This document shows, in pieces, positions 38,762 to 50,880 of a stretch of DNA of 64,000 bases (positions are counted from its first letter, which is position 1; each line of letters starts with the position of its first letter). The DNA is from Asterias rubens. Its lineage: Eukaryota. The stretch lies in assembly GCF_902459465.1 (NCBI RefSeq), contig NC_047062.1:11656001-11720000 (forward strand), written 5' to 3'. The translations under genes were made by a program, and so were the position numbers. The notes beneath the pieces were generated by a model. The model was given only the letters and a program-made list of their open reading frames with translations. It did no database searches and had not been told where the DNA came from.

Positions 38762-38835
38762 TGTAAATAAATTTGACGATCTGATAAAGTTGAGATCAGT
38801 TTGTTGGATTAGAAACGCTATAAGCCGGATTAGTG
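38762..38835. promoter_or_regulatory. cluster of K50-homeodomain (Otx-type), GATA and Fox motifs
   Basis: GTAAATA 38763, TGATAA 38782, GGATTA 38806, TAAGCC 38821 and GGATTA 38827. Confidence 0.35.
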
Positions 38836-38932
38836 AAATATCATTGGGGTCATCTTCTTGCATGGCAGAATTGAACTCTGGTCTCTATCGAGTACAAAGT
38901 GTGGTGTAACGTCAGTTCACATAGAGTTTGAA

Positions 38933-39306
38933 TAAAGGCACTGGACACCTTTGGTAATTGTCAAATTCACACTTTGTGTATCCCAACATATGCATAAAAT
39001 AACATACATGTGAAAGTTTGAACTCAATTGGCCGTCGAAGTTGTCAGAGAATAATAGAAGAAAAACACCATTGTCGCACAAGTTCTGTGCTTTCAGATGC
39101 CTTGAATTCGATACCTCTGAGGTATCTTATGAAATTCAAATATTTTAGTGAGAAATTACTTCTTCTTCAAATTTTTGTTCTCAAAAACAACATAATTTAG
39201 AGGGAGCCGTTGCTCACAATGTTTTATCAACGGCTCTCCGTTACCCAGTAAGTTTTTCGCTTCCACTTATTTTTGAGTAGTTACCAATAGTGTCCAATGC
39301 CTTTAA
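38933..39306 (+). mobile_element. MITE family A, near full length
   Basis: taaaggcactggacacctttggtaattgtc ... ttaccaatagtgtccaatgcctttaa. Confidence 0.9.
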
Positions 39307-40999
39307 GGTGGGAGCTGTATAAGTTTCCAATGCTATATTTAAAAACTGAGTGGAAAGTGTGCATTACGGTTTAATAAAAACAGAATGGAAACGGATGTTT
39401 TTTGACATTTTAAGAGATAACATTGTGACGGATTTGAGCATAACTGATTTGTAGATAATGTACTTAAGAATTGAAACAATATCGCATAAAAGAATGATTT
39501 TAAAGGTAATTTCAAGGCTTACATACTAATGGATAAGTAAATTACAAGTGGAAAGGGAAAAGTGAAACATTAATTACCACCAAGTTACCAACGGTTTACA
39601 GTCCTTTGCAATTTGCCTCATGGTGGACACAAAATAAGTAGTGATGTTTTGTTTTGTTGTTTACAGACAAGTTTACCCCAAAGTTATAGTGCAAATAAAA
39701 TGTGTATACTACATCTTTTATTAATATTATCTCAAAATGGCTTTTATGCCTATTGACATTATTCGACAACCATTCCATGTCACAAAAACTCCCATGTTAT
39801 ATTTTTTCCCAATTGAACCAGACTCGCAAATTGGAATTTGCCCTGGCATGTTTCTCACGCATTCCAATTCAATTCCCAATTGAACTTGCATTGACGCACC
39901 ATACACAGGTGATGGACGGCTGCCATCTGCATTGTTTGCCCCCCATTCATCCCATATCAACCCACCGAGATTCCAACCAAAAGAAGCTGAAGAAAAAAGA
40001 AAAAACACGAGCTTTTGTTTTGCATGTCCGTTCCTCCCTTCGCTCTAATTGAAAGCTCTCAATGTATTCACTTTCCAACAGACAATACATCGAGCTGACC
40101 AAAGTGAGTGAATGCAGAGACTTGCATCAAACTAACCCATTCCCTCTCTCACTGTTACGTCATCGCTGTACAAAAAGTATACACTTCAGTCCCCCCTGTG
40201 TAAATTTGCAATCTTCCCTCCGGAGTCCCATTCAAAGTACACGTATTCATATTGAGACTATGCGGACATCTACCGGTTTCCCTCTTTCTGCCAATGCACC
40301 GCGAAAGGACGGTAAATTTCACACAAGTTACCGCGGCCTATGGAGACTTGTATTTGTCTTGGTCTATTGGGAGTATAAACATGAACGTACAGGAATATTG
40401 CTTTCCTAAACTGTTACTTAATAAAATAGCAATTCAAGAGGAATATTGAACGATGGTAAAACTATCCAGCGTTAAATTGATGTCGACTGTCAAACAAATT
40501 CCTTTCGGCACACTCGAAAGGAATGTGACTTCCCAATTCATCCATGGTTTTGATTTCAGCATAAATATAGCAATCAATATACGCTTCAATTTATATAATA
40601 AACAAAAATGTTTTAGAAATCAGTGTAGAAAATTTCAAATTGTCATAAAAACTGGTCAGTTACTGAGAGAGTCTGTTTTATGAAGGGATTAAGACAACTT
40701 TATAATTTAAATTGGATGAATTACTTGAATTTATTATAAATACAACTGAAATGTTATGTAGTTTGCTGAGCTGAATCCATTCACTTTAAGATACCGCGTT
40801 GACATTGATGCCCTTGACTCTAAATCTTACCCCAGCTATTAGTCCTATTATTATTAACTCATTGCTACTGACATGATTATTTGATTGTTTTGGTTGCAGC
40901 AGCCTCACCATGCACTTAAGTGAACTCCCAGAACAAATAAACACTGCCAGCATCACCTTTCATTATTCCATTGATAAGTTGTAATCCGTCAATGATGAG

Positions 41000-41450
41000 G
41001 ACAAAAAGAAAAACAGATTGTAATTCGTTTTTCCCTGTGATTCATCGCGTCCAATTTGTAGAGAGTATACCGGGGTGGGGAACACGAGGAGCCCGGGGAA
41101 TGGGGTAATCCCTGCGGCTACCTCGTGGGGTCTGAAGGACCCAGTCGACGGTCTGCGCGACTCGCTGTCATGCATGGGCCCTCGGACTATCGAATTCATA
41201 ATGTAATTAATGTAATTAAAGTACATCATTGTCGCAATTCACTCCTCTAATCTCTTCCAAAAGCAAGAGAGGTAATTGAAGGAAGGAGGGTGATTCTGCT
41301 TTGGTTTAATTTCCAAGCAATCAAGTTAATAACCTTATTATTTTGCGGGCGGCGATTTTTGCTCTCTCCCCCTCTCTCTCACTTTATTCCTGGCAAAATT
41401 GTGAAAGCGGCCAGTGACGCGTGTGCGATATGCCATCGACGTGAAAACTT
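41000..41450. promoter_or_regulatory. candidate homeodomain-rich enhancer
   Basis: TAATCC 41106, two overlapping TAAT-GTA-ATTA palindromes at 41199-41218, TAATCT near 41248 and a GC-rich core. Confidence 0.35.
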
Positions 41451-43049
41451 CTCAATCCTTTTTTTTTTGGCCCTGGGTATACACCATGTTCAGCACTACA
41501 CAACATCTGGTCTACACACAATATTGGCAAACCTCTAGATGTATGGTATCCAACAGTAAAAACACCTAGGCCATTATGACGAGCGCGAAAACATCCAGTA
41601 TTCTTCCAACCCATTGTATTTGGGGCATTTTTCTAAACAGGTGCGAAACAATGCAGATGGGGTGGAAATTAGAAAACAAGGTTATATTCCCTGACAAAAA
41701 TAACACTCAAAATACGCCCTGGTTTGCCAAAAACATAAACAGGTGCTGTATTGATTATCGATTGACAAGACCCAGAGTTGGGTCGGGGGCTAGACCTTTG
41801 ATAATGTTTGTAGTTATGTATACTGTATGGGATTACCATTTCTCGCCACCCTAACCAATGGGTCGCCTTGGGGCCACGGCCTGTGCTCCCGTTACGTCTT
41901 TCTGGGGCTAAGCTGACCCCACTAATCTCTCCACCAAACTCCAAGGTGTCTGTAATGTAAACTGAGGTGCGAAAATCCCTGCAAATCCCCTTAAAATATG
42001 CCGGCGATTATCCATCCATATAATTCTGCTGACAACCTCTAATGTTTTCCTTGTTTTCATGTAATAACAAACTGGGTGTAAATGGAAGTTTAAAAGACTG
42101 ACATGTCATTGAGTCAATGTCCATTTCAATTCTAACGGTTTGCGATTTCTTTTTGGGCAAACTCTCTACTGATCACAGACAGGCAGATATTAAACATAAA
42201 GTTTGGCTACGCTTTTTATGTGAACCAACGCTGTACAAGACTATTAAACACCTGACTTTTAAAGCACACACAACGGGTCAAAATAAGTGAATACGCTTTT
42301 ATAATACCCAATAAAAAAGAACTAAAGAGCAACTTCAACAGTTGGTCTCGAAAGAACGGCCATGACTCAGTACATTGTTGGCTTTAATAGAAATGAAATA
42401 TTACTTGGATATCACTGGGGTGGAAACTAATCATCATTGTGACCCATTTGCGGTCATTTGTCAGTCTGTCAATGAACAAAAAAGTACAGGGCTGGCTGAG
42501 GTCCAATTGTGAGGGTTTTCTCCCAATAATAAGTTAATGGTCTTTGGTATGCTAATCGTACATGTCAAACAAGGGCATTCCCCCGTCAACAGTAGTCAAC
42601 CAACCGAAGGTAAAGCAGTTTAAGAATGGGTATCAGTTCTGTTATTTTATCAAGTTTTTAGACACCACAAACAACACGTGCACTATATTTTCGAGTGTCG
42701 TCAATGCAATACAAAACATGATGCTGATGAAAAACCATACTCTCTTTGCAGCTATATAAATCATTTGCATTCACACTTGCATAAACTAGTCCAAATCAAT
42801 TGACCCTTTTTATTATCATTCAAAATAGTCTGTAATTATAATGCTATCAAAAACAAATCAATAATTTCGACGGTTGTATGCTCTTAAAAACGTATTTAGA
42901 CAATGTAATATTACAAACTGAATTTTTGCAAAAATTAAGATTATTCTTAATTTATCTTTATTAATCAAGATGCAATATGTTTAATTTGTTCATAAACATG
43001 ATTAGGGGGTACAATATGGTTAAAGGGCGTTGAAATAGTCAAGGGAGTG

Positions 43050-43834
43050 ACAGTGCCCGAACGCCAACTATAGATGGGGCTCTCTGATTGGCGCAATGGG
43101 CCACTCGCACACGGGTGAACACAATCACTGTGTGCTGGCCATCACTGAGAGAGACGAGTGTGGTGTTTATAATGCCATTAAGCACGTTGAGTCGCTAACC
43201 TCGCTAGCTATAAGCTCTAACTGTATCCACTGTGTGACCAGCCCAGCTCGCCACGAACTCAAAAGAGCTATTACATGATCAATCGCAGTAATATACCGCT
43301 TCGAATGGTGGTGTGTGTATTAAGCCCATTGCTTCTAGACCCACATGCTTGAAGAAGAGTGGTACAACATAACATTTACTTTTCCCCCGATTTTTTCAGC
43401 CTGTGCACGAGTTCTTCTCTTCGCCATAACTTGCTTTATGCGTGGCCCTATTGTCATTGAACGCTTCTTGAAATTGTGTGACAATAGACTGACAGTAAGA
43501 AAGCCCAACAGAATAAATACACGGACAGACTCTTACATGTTGACTCTGTCGATTGTGCACGCTGAGGAAAAAAAACCTCGTCACTCCCCGCAGTTTCCTC
43601 ATTCTATTGCGGTGTTTTATTATATGCTCGCAATCATCCAAACCAAGTGACTTTAACTCGTGTGGACGGTGGAGTTTGAACACTCACGCAGTACTCCGAG
43701 AACGGTAACTCGCTCTTAAAATCAACTCCAACAACTTTTGATCACTATACATCAACGCTCAAGTGACTCAGTGACTAAAAAGGTTGATTACTGACAACAT
43801 CACGTCCGCTGGTGCGCTCTCTTCACATGTAAGT
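43050..43834 (+). promoter_or_regulatory. candidate alternative promoter and ATG-free 5' exon ending at 43828
   Basis: Reverse CCAAT at 43087; ATG-free stretch from about 43650 to 43828; donor CAT|gtaagt at 43829. Confidence 0.3.
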
Positions 43835-44468
43835 ATACGAATGTCATGTCAGTCAGTTGTTTTCTTATGTCCTTTTTACAACATGATATCTTTATGGGTG
43901 TATGTGTGTCTTGGTTAGGTATGCATATCACGGTAACAACAAGGTGAACATGTAATTAACCAAGTTAGCATCGTCCCGTTAGCGCCTTGGCGAAGTAGAC
44001 GTGCCGTTGGAATTTCGTAATGTTCGGCCGTAAACATGTAAGGGGGTTCGTTTTGGGGTCTTTTCTGCATTCAGCATGGCGTTCAGCATCATGTTAAATG
44101 GTTAACATTGTTGCCTTACAACAGGCCAACAAGTACAATTGCTATTGTATGTGAAGGGGACCGTTTTCGTGTATTAATAATGGCCAACATTGATCAAGAT
44201 TGAGGACTTTGTATCAATGTATAACATGTACACTCAAACCATAGAGTACGGACAGAATCAAACTGTGCACTGCATACTATACTGACGTTTTCATGTACAA
44301 CCAACTCGACCGTTTGTGGTTTTTGAATACTTTGAAGTTGTTAAGATGTCGATGGTTATTGTTGGAATTGAACAAGATAGGAGAAAGGTATACCGTAATT
44401 TAATTTGAACATCTATAATGTAATAGGTCTAGTCTTTACATACAACTAGCTAGTCATGCCTTTGCTTA

Positions 44469-44820
44469 GTATTGGTAAGTACTCAAAATATTTATTAGCA
44501 AAAAAACTTACTTGGTAACGAGCAATGGAGAGCTGTCGATAGTGTAAACATTGCGAGGCAGCTCCATCTGAAGTATCGTAAATTTTTAACTAATTTCTCA
44601 CTCAAATATTTGAAGACTTCAGGCCTGAAGCCTTTTATTATGCATCCGAATGCACACAAACTTCGGCAACAAGAGTGTTTTTATTTCTTTGATTATCCTC
44701 TTGCAACTTTGATGCCCAATTGAGTCCAAATGTTCACAGTTATTTTAAACATACATGTTGGTATACATGTACACCAAAAGAGAACACTGGCATGTGACAA
44801 TTACCAAAAGTGTCTTTAAA
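44469..44820 (-). mobile_element. MITE family A copy
   Basis: ttggtaagtactcaaaata...aaacttacttggtaacgagcaatggagagctg...gacaattaccaaaagtgtctttaa. Confidence 0.85.
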
Positions 44821-46586
44821 AAGAAACTAATTAATTAAAAAACACCTATTTATAAGTCATTTTCATTAAGACTTATTTCTGTTTTACGAAACCACCTTAA
44901 TCATCAAATCTTGTTTTCATCATTATAAAATACTAAAACTAAAATGAATTATTTCTTAGAACACTTGAAAACCATTATGTCTTAGCAAAAGCTCAAATCA
45001 GCATACTTGCATGTAACATGGCCTATTTATTTGTCTTCTAACTAAATCGAAGCTTCCTTTATAATAAAAATTCATTCTTTTAGAGAAACAAAAATTAATT
45101 ATTTTGGTTTCATTCGTATTTTGATACCTTCTTTTGACACCTCATTGTGTTAAAAAGTCTTGCATTTTACAAACCCTTTTGTAATTATTGGCTTACATAA
45201 TTGGTTACCTGAAACTCGTTATGATTACAAAAATATCAACATACCAATTCCATCGTTAACAAAAACCGGGTGCCTTGGGGACCATTTTGACAGAAACATG
45301 CAGGCAAACATTTAAATTAGCAGAATCACTTTACTTGGATTGAACAAGGCCTGAGTCAACAAACCGCCATTAAACAAACGGGTTTATTTTGTTATAGAGA
45401 TTCATCAGTGTCATAAGACACCCCAATTACCATTGGTTTAGCACTGTCTATTTGTTGATGACTCCCCCATTATCGATGTTATGGAAGCTGTGTCTGTTGC
45501 TGGTATACGCTGAATTTGTCCCGAGGTGAATTTTCTCGGGGTACCATGTCATGATGATAATAAATTAGACAAGTTGTTAAAATAAATTGTAAAATAAATA
45601 TAACAGAAAAAATACAGTACAATATCATAGCTCCTTTAACCTATTTTAAAGTACGTTTTTCCCAAAGTTGTATATTATTGGACCCAACATGTACACTATT
45701 GTCATAATTTGTCAAATGCAAGCAAGCTCACTTGAATATGCGCTTATACTTTTGTTAAAGGCTTGCAGAAAATAAAAATAAAACTTCACTTGTAAAGTTT
45801 ACCTTTGGGTTTTAATAACTTTTTTTTTTTTTTTTTTTTTTTAAGATATCACCGAATCTTGTGCGAATAAATTCCACCCATGAAGAAATATCGCTACTAG
45901 GATTACGGAATTTGAGAAAAGTTACTGACAGTTACGCTTATCAAATTCAAATTTTTGAGCATAAAAAGTGATATCATATTACATAACCACATTACCTCGA
46001 AGTGAAATATGTCTCAAAAACCTTCACACTATCGAAATCTGTTGTAAACTTCTACCCAAAAGTTGTTATTGTCATTAATTTTAAGAGTGATTTGGGCTTT
46101 CAAAATCCCGTCTATCGACATGGTCATACGCAATTCTCCCTAATCATAATAATTTCACAACATTGATGGAAGAACTAAAAATATTATTTATTATGATGAA
46201 AATATAAAACTTCTCTGTCGCTACCACAAGGCTAAATTTTTCAAAGATGAATGAAATTATGGGGTCTCGGAGATGTTTTTTTTCTTCTAAAGGTATGGCA
46301 TCACGCCTAGATTAAAGTCACCTGGAAATAGAATTTGTTTTCTTTCAAACATAATAGTATATGCTTATGAACAATGAAACATTTTTTTGGTATTTTTTGA
46401 CACGATTTACGTGTTTAAAAAATAGATAAAGTTGTTAGGGGGCTGACTCCGCCTACCCCTTTTGTGACGTCAATCGAGGCAGACTTTGCCTATAACGCGT
46501 AGAGTAAACCCACGTGCAAGCACATGTATGTTCCAAGTCGTGAGTTTATACGTTTCGAAAACAAAAAATTATTGCATTTTCTGGCA

Positions 46587-46873
46587 ATGCCGACCAGGTG
46601 TATTGCTGCTGGATGCAGCAAAACAACTAAAGATGGGTTCAGGCTGCATGTGATTCCTGCAGATCCCAAGCATAGGCTGTTTTTGTGGGCCGCGAAAGTC
46701 AGACTCGGATGAGCAATAGACGTCCGATCCGACGTTTTTTTCAGCGCTGTGCAGCGAACACTTCGAGCCGTCGTGCTTCGAATCCGGAATACACCAAACG
46801 TGACATAAAGAGAAAAGTTATTCTAAAACCTGACGCAATCCCAACAACTTTTCCAGCTAGTGGGAAGTCATAG
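46587..46873 (+). pseudogene. frameshifted THAP (C2CH zinc finger) transposase remnant
   Basis: Three frames: MPTRCIAAGCSKTTKDGFRLHVIPADPKHRLFLWAAKV (from 46587), ALCSEHFEPSCFES (from 46744) and KRKVILKPDAIPTTFP. These give the C-x4-C...C-x2-HF and AVPTIF-like THAP hallmarks. Confidence 0.85.
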
Positions 46874-47036
46874 GAGGTACATGAAAGACGTGACGTTGAA
46901 CATAGAGGGGCATATGCCAAACGTGAACAATTCGGGTAACTTTGAACTTAGTGGGAAGTCATAGGATGTACATGAAAGACGTGACGAACATAGAGGGGCA
47001 TATGCCAAACGTGAACAATTCGGGTAACTTTGAACT
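46858..47036. repeat. ~90-bp tandem duplication inside the family B element
   Basis: tagtgggaagtcatagga...gggtaactttgaact at 46858-46948 and 46949-47036. Confidence 0.95.
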
Positions 47037-49979
47037 TTGAGGTCATATTTTTAACTTTCGAATCACCGTGCAGGGTAATCAGAGTGGACCGTCCGCACAG
47101 CAGCCGTAGTTCTGTACGTAGGCATCATACCAATCAGGTACCCAGACGTAGTGTACGGGGCCCGACTACACATTTTCTCTTCAAATATCGCGCCTCGTTT
47201 GACGTCACGAACAGGGCCCTCTCGGTCGGGGCCTACTCTTAAATTTGTAAATAAAATGAGAACTAATTTTTTAGAACCTTATGTTAACTGTTTTTTTCAC
47301 ACTCCACTCATCAAAACACATATCTTAGTGACAAAAGCTTTACTTTGAAATAATACCACTTCCAGGTGACTTTAACGGCGATGTTGGTCTAGTGTTGCCC
47401 TGGCCTCGACACGGCCGCGGCATCCTTGGCTATTGTCACACTGTTAGTGCCTAGTGGGAAAGTATATTTTAAAGTCATGCTAAAGTCTGAATCCAACTTA
47501 ATAAGTATGTAAGTATTAATCACAAATGTGTATTTGAAGGAGGTAAAAGTCTTTAAAAAACGAATACTTTTAATAACCATGGAATGGTCTTTAACAACTG
47601 TACATGTATGATAGGATTTGATTAAGATTCGACTGTGACATTTTGCACGTTGGAAATACAATCCAGTATGTTTGTGGTCAAACCATCTTCTAATTGTTGT
47701 ACACTTTTGATGTCTCCGGACAGGGTGACTTCTGTTGTTATTTTTCGTTAGAACAAAATTATGAAACTACTTTTTCAAGATAACAATCATTTAGATGTAA
47801 CGCGGTTTCACCCAGATGTGTGTCTACAACAATTAAAATAAAAAAAAAATCAACTTTTAGATTTTTGTACGACAGACTTCTTCTCAAATATTTATAACAG
47901 TCAACTTTTGTAAAAACAAAATAATAGTAAAATTTCGAACAATTATCTTTTGTTCTTTTCAGTAAACTCCATTTTACAACATGGCGTTCTGAAACTGTGT
48001 TATTAGCTGATCAAAGAAGCGATTGTGGCTTGTGGGTGGTGTCCACCATGTAAGGTGACTGTTTTGACAACAAACTTGTGTCCAGGTTGTCGACCTATGG
48101 TGGTTCGATACAAGACAAACTCTAGTTATAATGCTCCTTGGTTATGAGGTTAAACACAAGAGATGCAAGACATCATGGCGTCAGAAGTTAAAGATATGCA
48201 CACAACCATGCACACAACCATCACAAAGTGCAAACCTACGCCGCACAACAAACGATGAGCAAACTGGACTCAATGTGTACACAGTGTCGTGCTATGTAAA
48301 CCTTTTTGCGTAATAGGAAAAAGAAATCCAAACACAGGCGCTAAAAGATTGTATGAATTTCCAGATAATGAGCTTTTAGCGATGTGGTAATGTCGATGCT
48401 TATAGAATTCACCCCAAAGTTGACCCTTGTTCCACCATTTGCCAAGATAAACGCATAAAACACAGAAAACTGGGTTGAGGCATGCCTGCATGGCAATAAA
48501 TCTATTTATATATAAACTGCAACAATTATGTGTTGCATTATTGATTCATTAATCTTTATGTCCATATCGAATAATTATAATGCACGTTTCTTTCCTTTGA
48601 ATATAATGTGTGAAATGTCTGGTCGGGTTTGTTCCCTAAATCAATGGAGAGTGCCGTGTAGTTCCGGATGAAAGTTCGATCACTGGTCATATCTTTAACG
48701 TGGCTGGTGCAAGGCAGTGTTGGGCACGGACCAAAATGTATAGGCATATTATGTCAACCACTTCTCAACAAGATACCATATGAAGATACATGTACATTTC
48801 ATAAATATTCAAATGCAGTAACCTTTGACATGACCCCTAGTATGGTGATTTAATGGGAGTTTGGACAGGCACATGCCAACACATGTATTATTTGAATTGT
48901 TATAGGAAAATCACAACAACTGTTTACTATACTGCCTTTCTGCGTAACTGACAGTTTCGAGATTTTAAAAAAAATACACAAACTAAAATTATTGTTGACA
49001 TTTGTCAAGAAGAATTCGATATAAGTCACCAGTGTGAGTTTGAGCTAAATACAATATCTATTAATTGTTGGGGGAACAAAATCATAAAGATTGTCGAATC
49101 CACCCAAGTATAGCGATGTGGCGCGGGTGCCAACCGCATCTACGGCCTTAGCATCCACATTCGGATACCACTGAAATAATTTGTGTCCTTAAACCTATAC
49201 GGGTGATATTTTGCGATTCCAATTTGTTGACACACTTTTATTGATTTCTAATCAAAGGGGGCACTTCTGTCGAAATGATTTCGTAGGTTTCTTATTTTAC
49301 AAGCACTATTACAAATTCCAACAAATAAATATATAACAAATTTTGGTCATTAACAAAATAGGTTATAATGACCATATCTCTTATTAACTCATTCCCTTGC
49401 TCACATTTTATATACGATCTAGATGTAAACAAATATACTTGATGTTTATTCAAAATTCATATAGCCATGTTCTTGTGACAGTTTTATGACATCCAACGTG
49501 AATTGGAAAAGTTAGGGACCTACCACCATTACGCTGTATTGAGCAATAATATGGACAATAACATAATGGTATCGCCAAAAATATTTCCAGACTTTATATT
49601 CATATGTCACATACCTTTGACTGTCTAAGGGAATGCATTAAAGTCATGCCGAAAAAATAGTTAAGGTTCGCGGTTTAGTCTACCATATACTTCTTACAGT
49701 TCAGTTGAAATGCGATTATTTCTTGTAATCATTAATAACAATGAAATATTCCGGGTGGGTTACTTGCCTCTATGCAACACACCATGTAGCCCCAGACCTT
49801 TTTATGTGACTTCATTGAGAGGTTTATCCTTCGTATGTTAATGAACGTTTAGTCTGAAACAATTTGCTTCAGCTGGTTGTCTGTGATTTGCTTTCTAAAT
49901 TTCGATGACTGCTTACTTTCAGGATTACTGTATTTAGCATGGATCACGCCCCTATCCGTAGGGTTCAGTGTTTACTCGG

Positions 49980-50880
49980 CTCGACACACACGACTTGAGC
50001 TGCTTTAGTCCCGGGCAGATGCCATTCGTCACGCTTAAACGGGACCCGGAAAAAGTTTCACAGGGCCCCGCGGATTGTTGACGCAAGACCCGCTGGCCTC
50101 AATTTAATCTTCGGACCGGGAAGTGGATGGGGACTTCTTGTCTATGTATAGACGCTCAGAGGTTGCCCTGCGAGCTATTTTTTGCTCTTTGATCAATTTA
50201 AATTCCCGCCAAATTTACCAAGTCTATGCATCGACTTGCACAGTCATGTCTGATGCAGTAGGATCTCCTATTTATTTACATTATTTCGCTCACTCTCTGT
50301 CTCTCTGCTCAGCTCTTGAAGTAAATGAAATTTTCATCTGGACACAAAATGGTGCATATTTTGCCGTTTATAGATTGAGAGTTCAATATGTCTCTCCCTG
50401 AAAAGCCAGCCCGATTCACACTGACACCTTCTGGAAATCATTGTGAAATAGAGTCCCGTGTTTATCCTTAATTACCGCGGATTGATAGTTAATTAATTAG
50501 GTTAGGCCAAACACTTCCACCCGGAGCCCGGCCGGGGACTCAAGCGAGATGTAACGCCCAATCGTCGGGGTAGCGTAACTCGTTTAATTGGCGGCGATGA
50601 AACCCCCGCATTGAAGCAAATTTTGCGGCTCTAAACCATCGAATTTGAAGTATCGAATCATGGCATCACGGTCGGCAAACCACTCGGAAAATATCTCCCC
50701 GTCCCCCGCTCCATGCCACAGCACGTCGGAAACACTTTTAGGTCGCAGATTTTTTTTCTCCTTCCCCTTCTCCCTTCCTTTTCGTCCAAGACAATCAATC
50801 CAAATTGATACCCGGGTAAATTCAATCGCTCGGGGTGCCCTTGCCGCAAAGCGAAGGAATTAGCGAAAGTGGCCCGTCCA
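49980..50880. promoter_or_regulatory. candidate cis-regulatory module
   Basis: CpG-rich, with CTTTGAT 50187, TTATC 50462, TGATAG 50484, TTAATTA 50468 and TTAATTAATTA 50489. Confidence 0.3.

Larger units (their letters stand above)
46312..47375 (+). mobile_element. family B non-autonomous Kolobok-like DNA transposon with a decayed THAP domain
   Basis: TTAA|AGTCACCTGGAA ... TTCCAGGTGACT|TTAA, subterminal gtgacgtcaa(t/a)cgaggc inverted repeats and a THAP remnant inside. Confidence 0.8.

Noticed and set aside
47378-47405. tRNA/SINE A-box-like ttggtctagtg after the family B element
   Set aside because: There is no B-box or cloverleaf downstream, and the match is too short to call.
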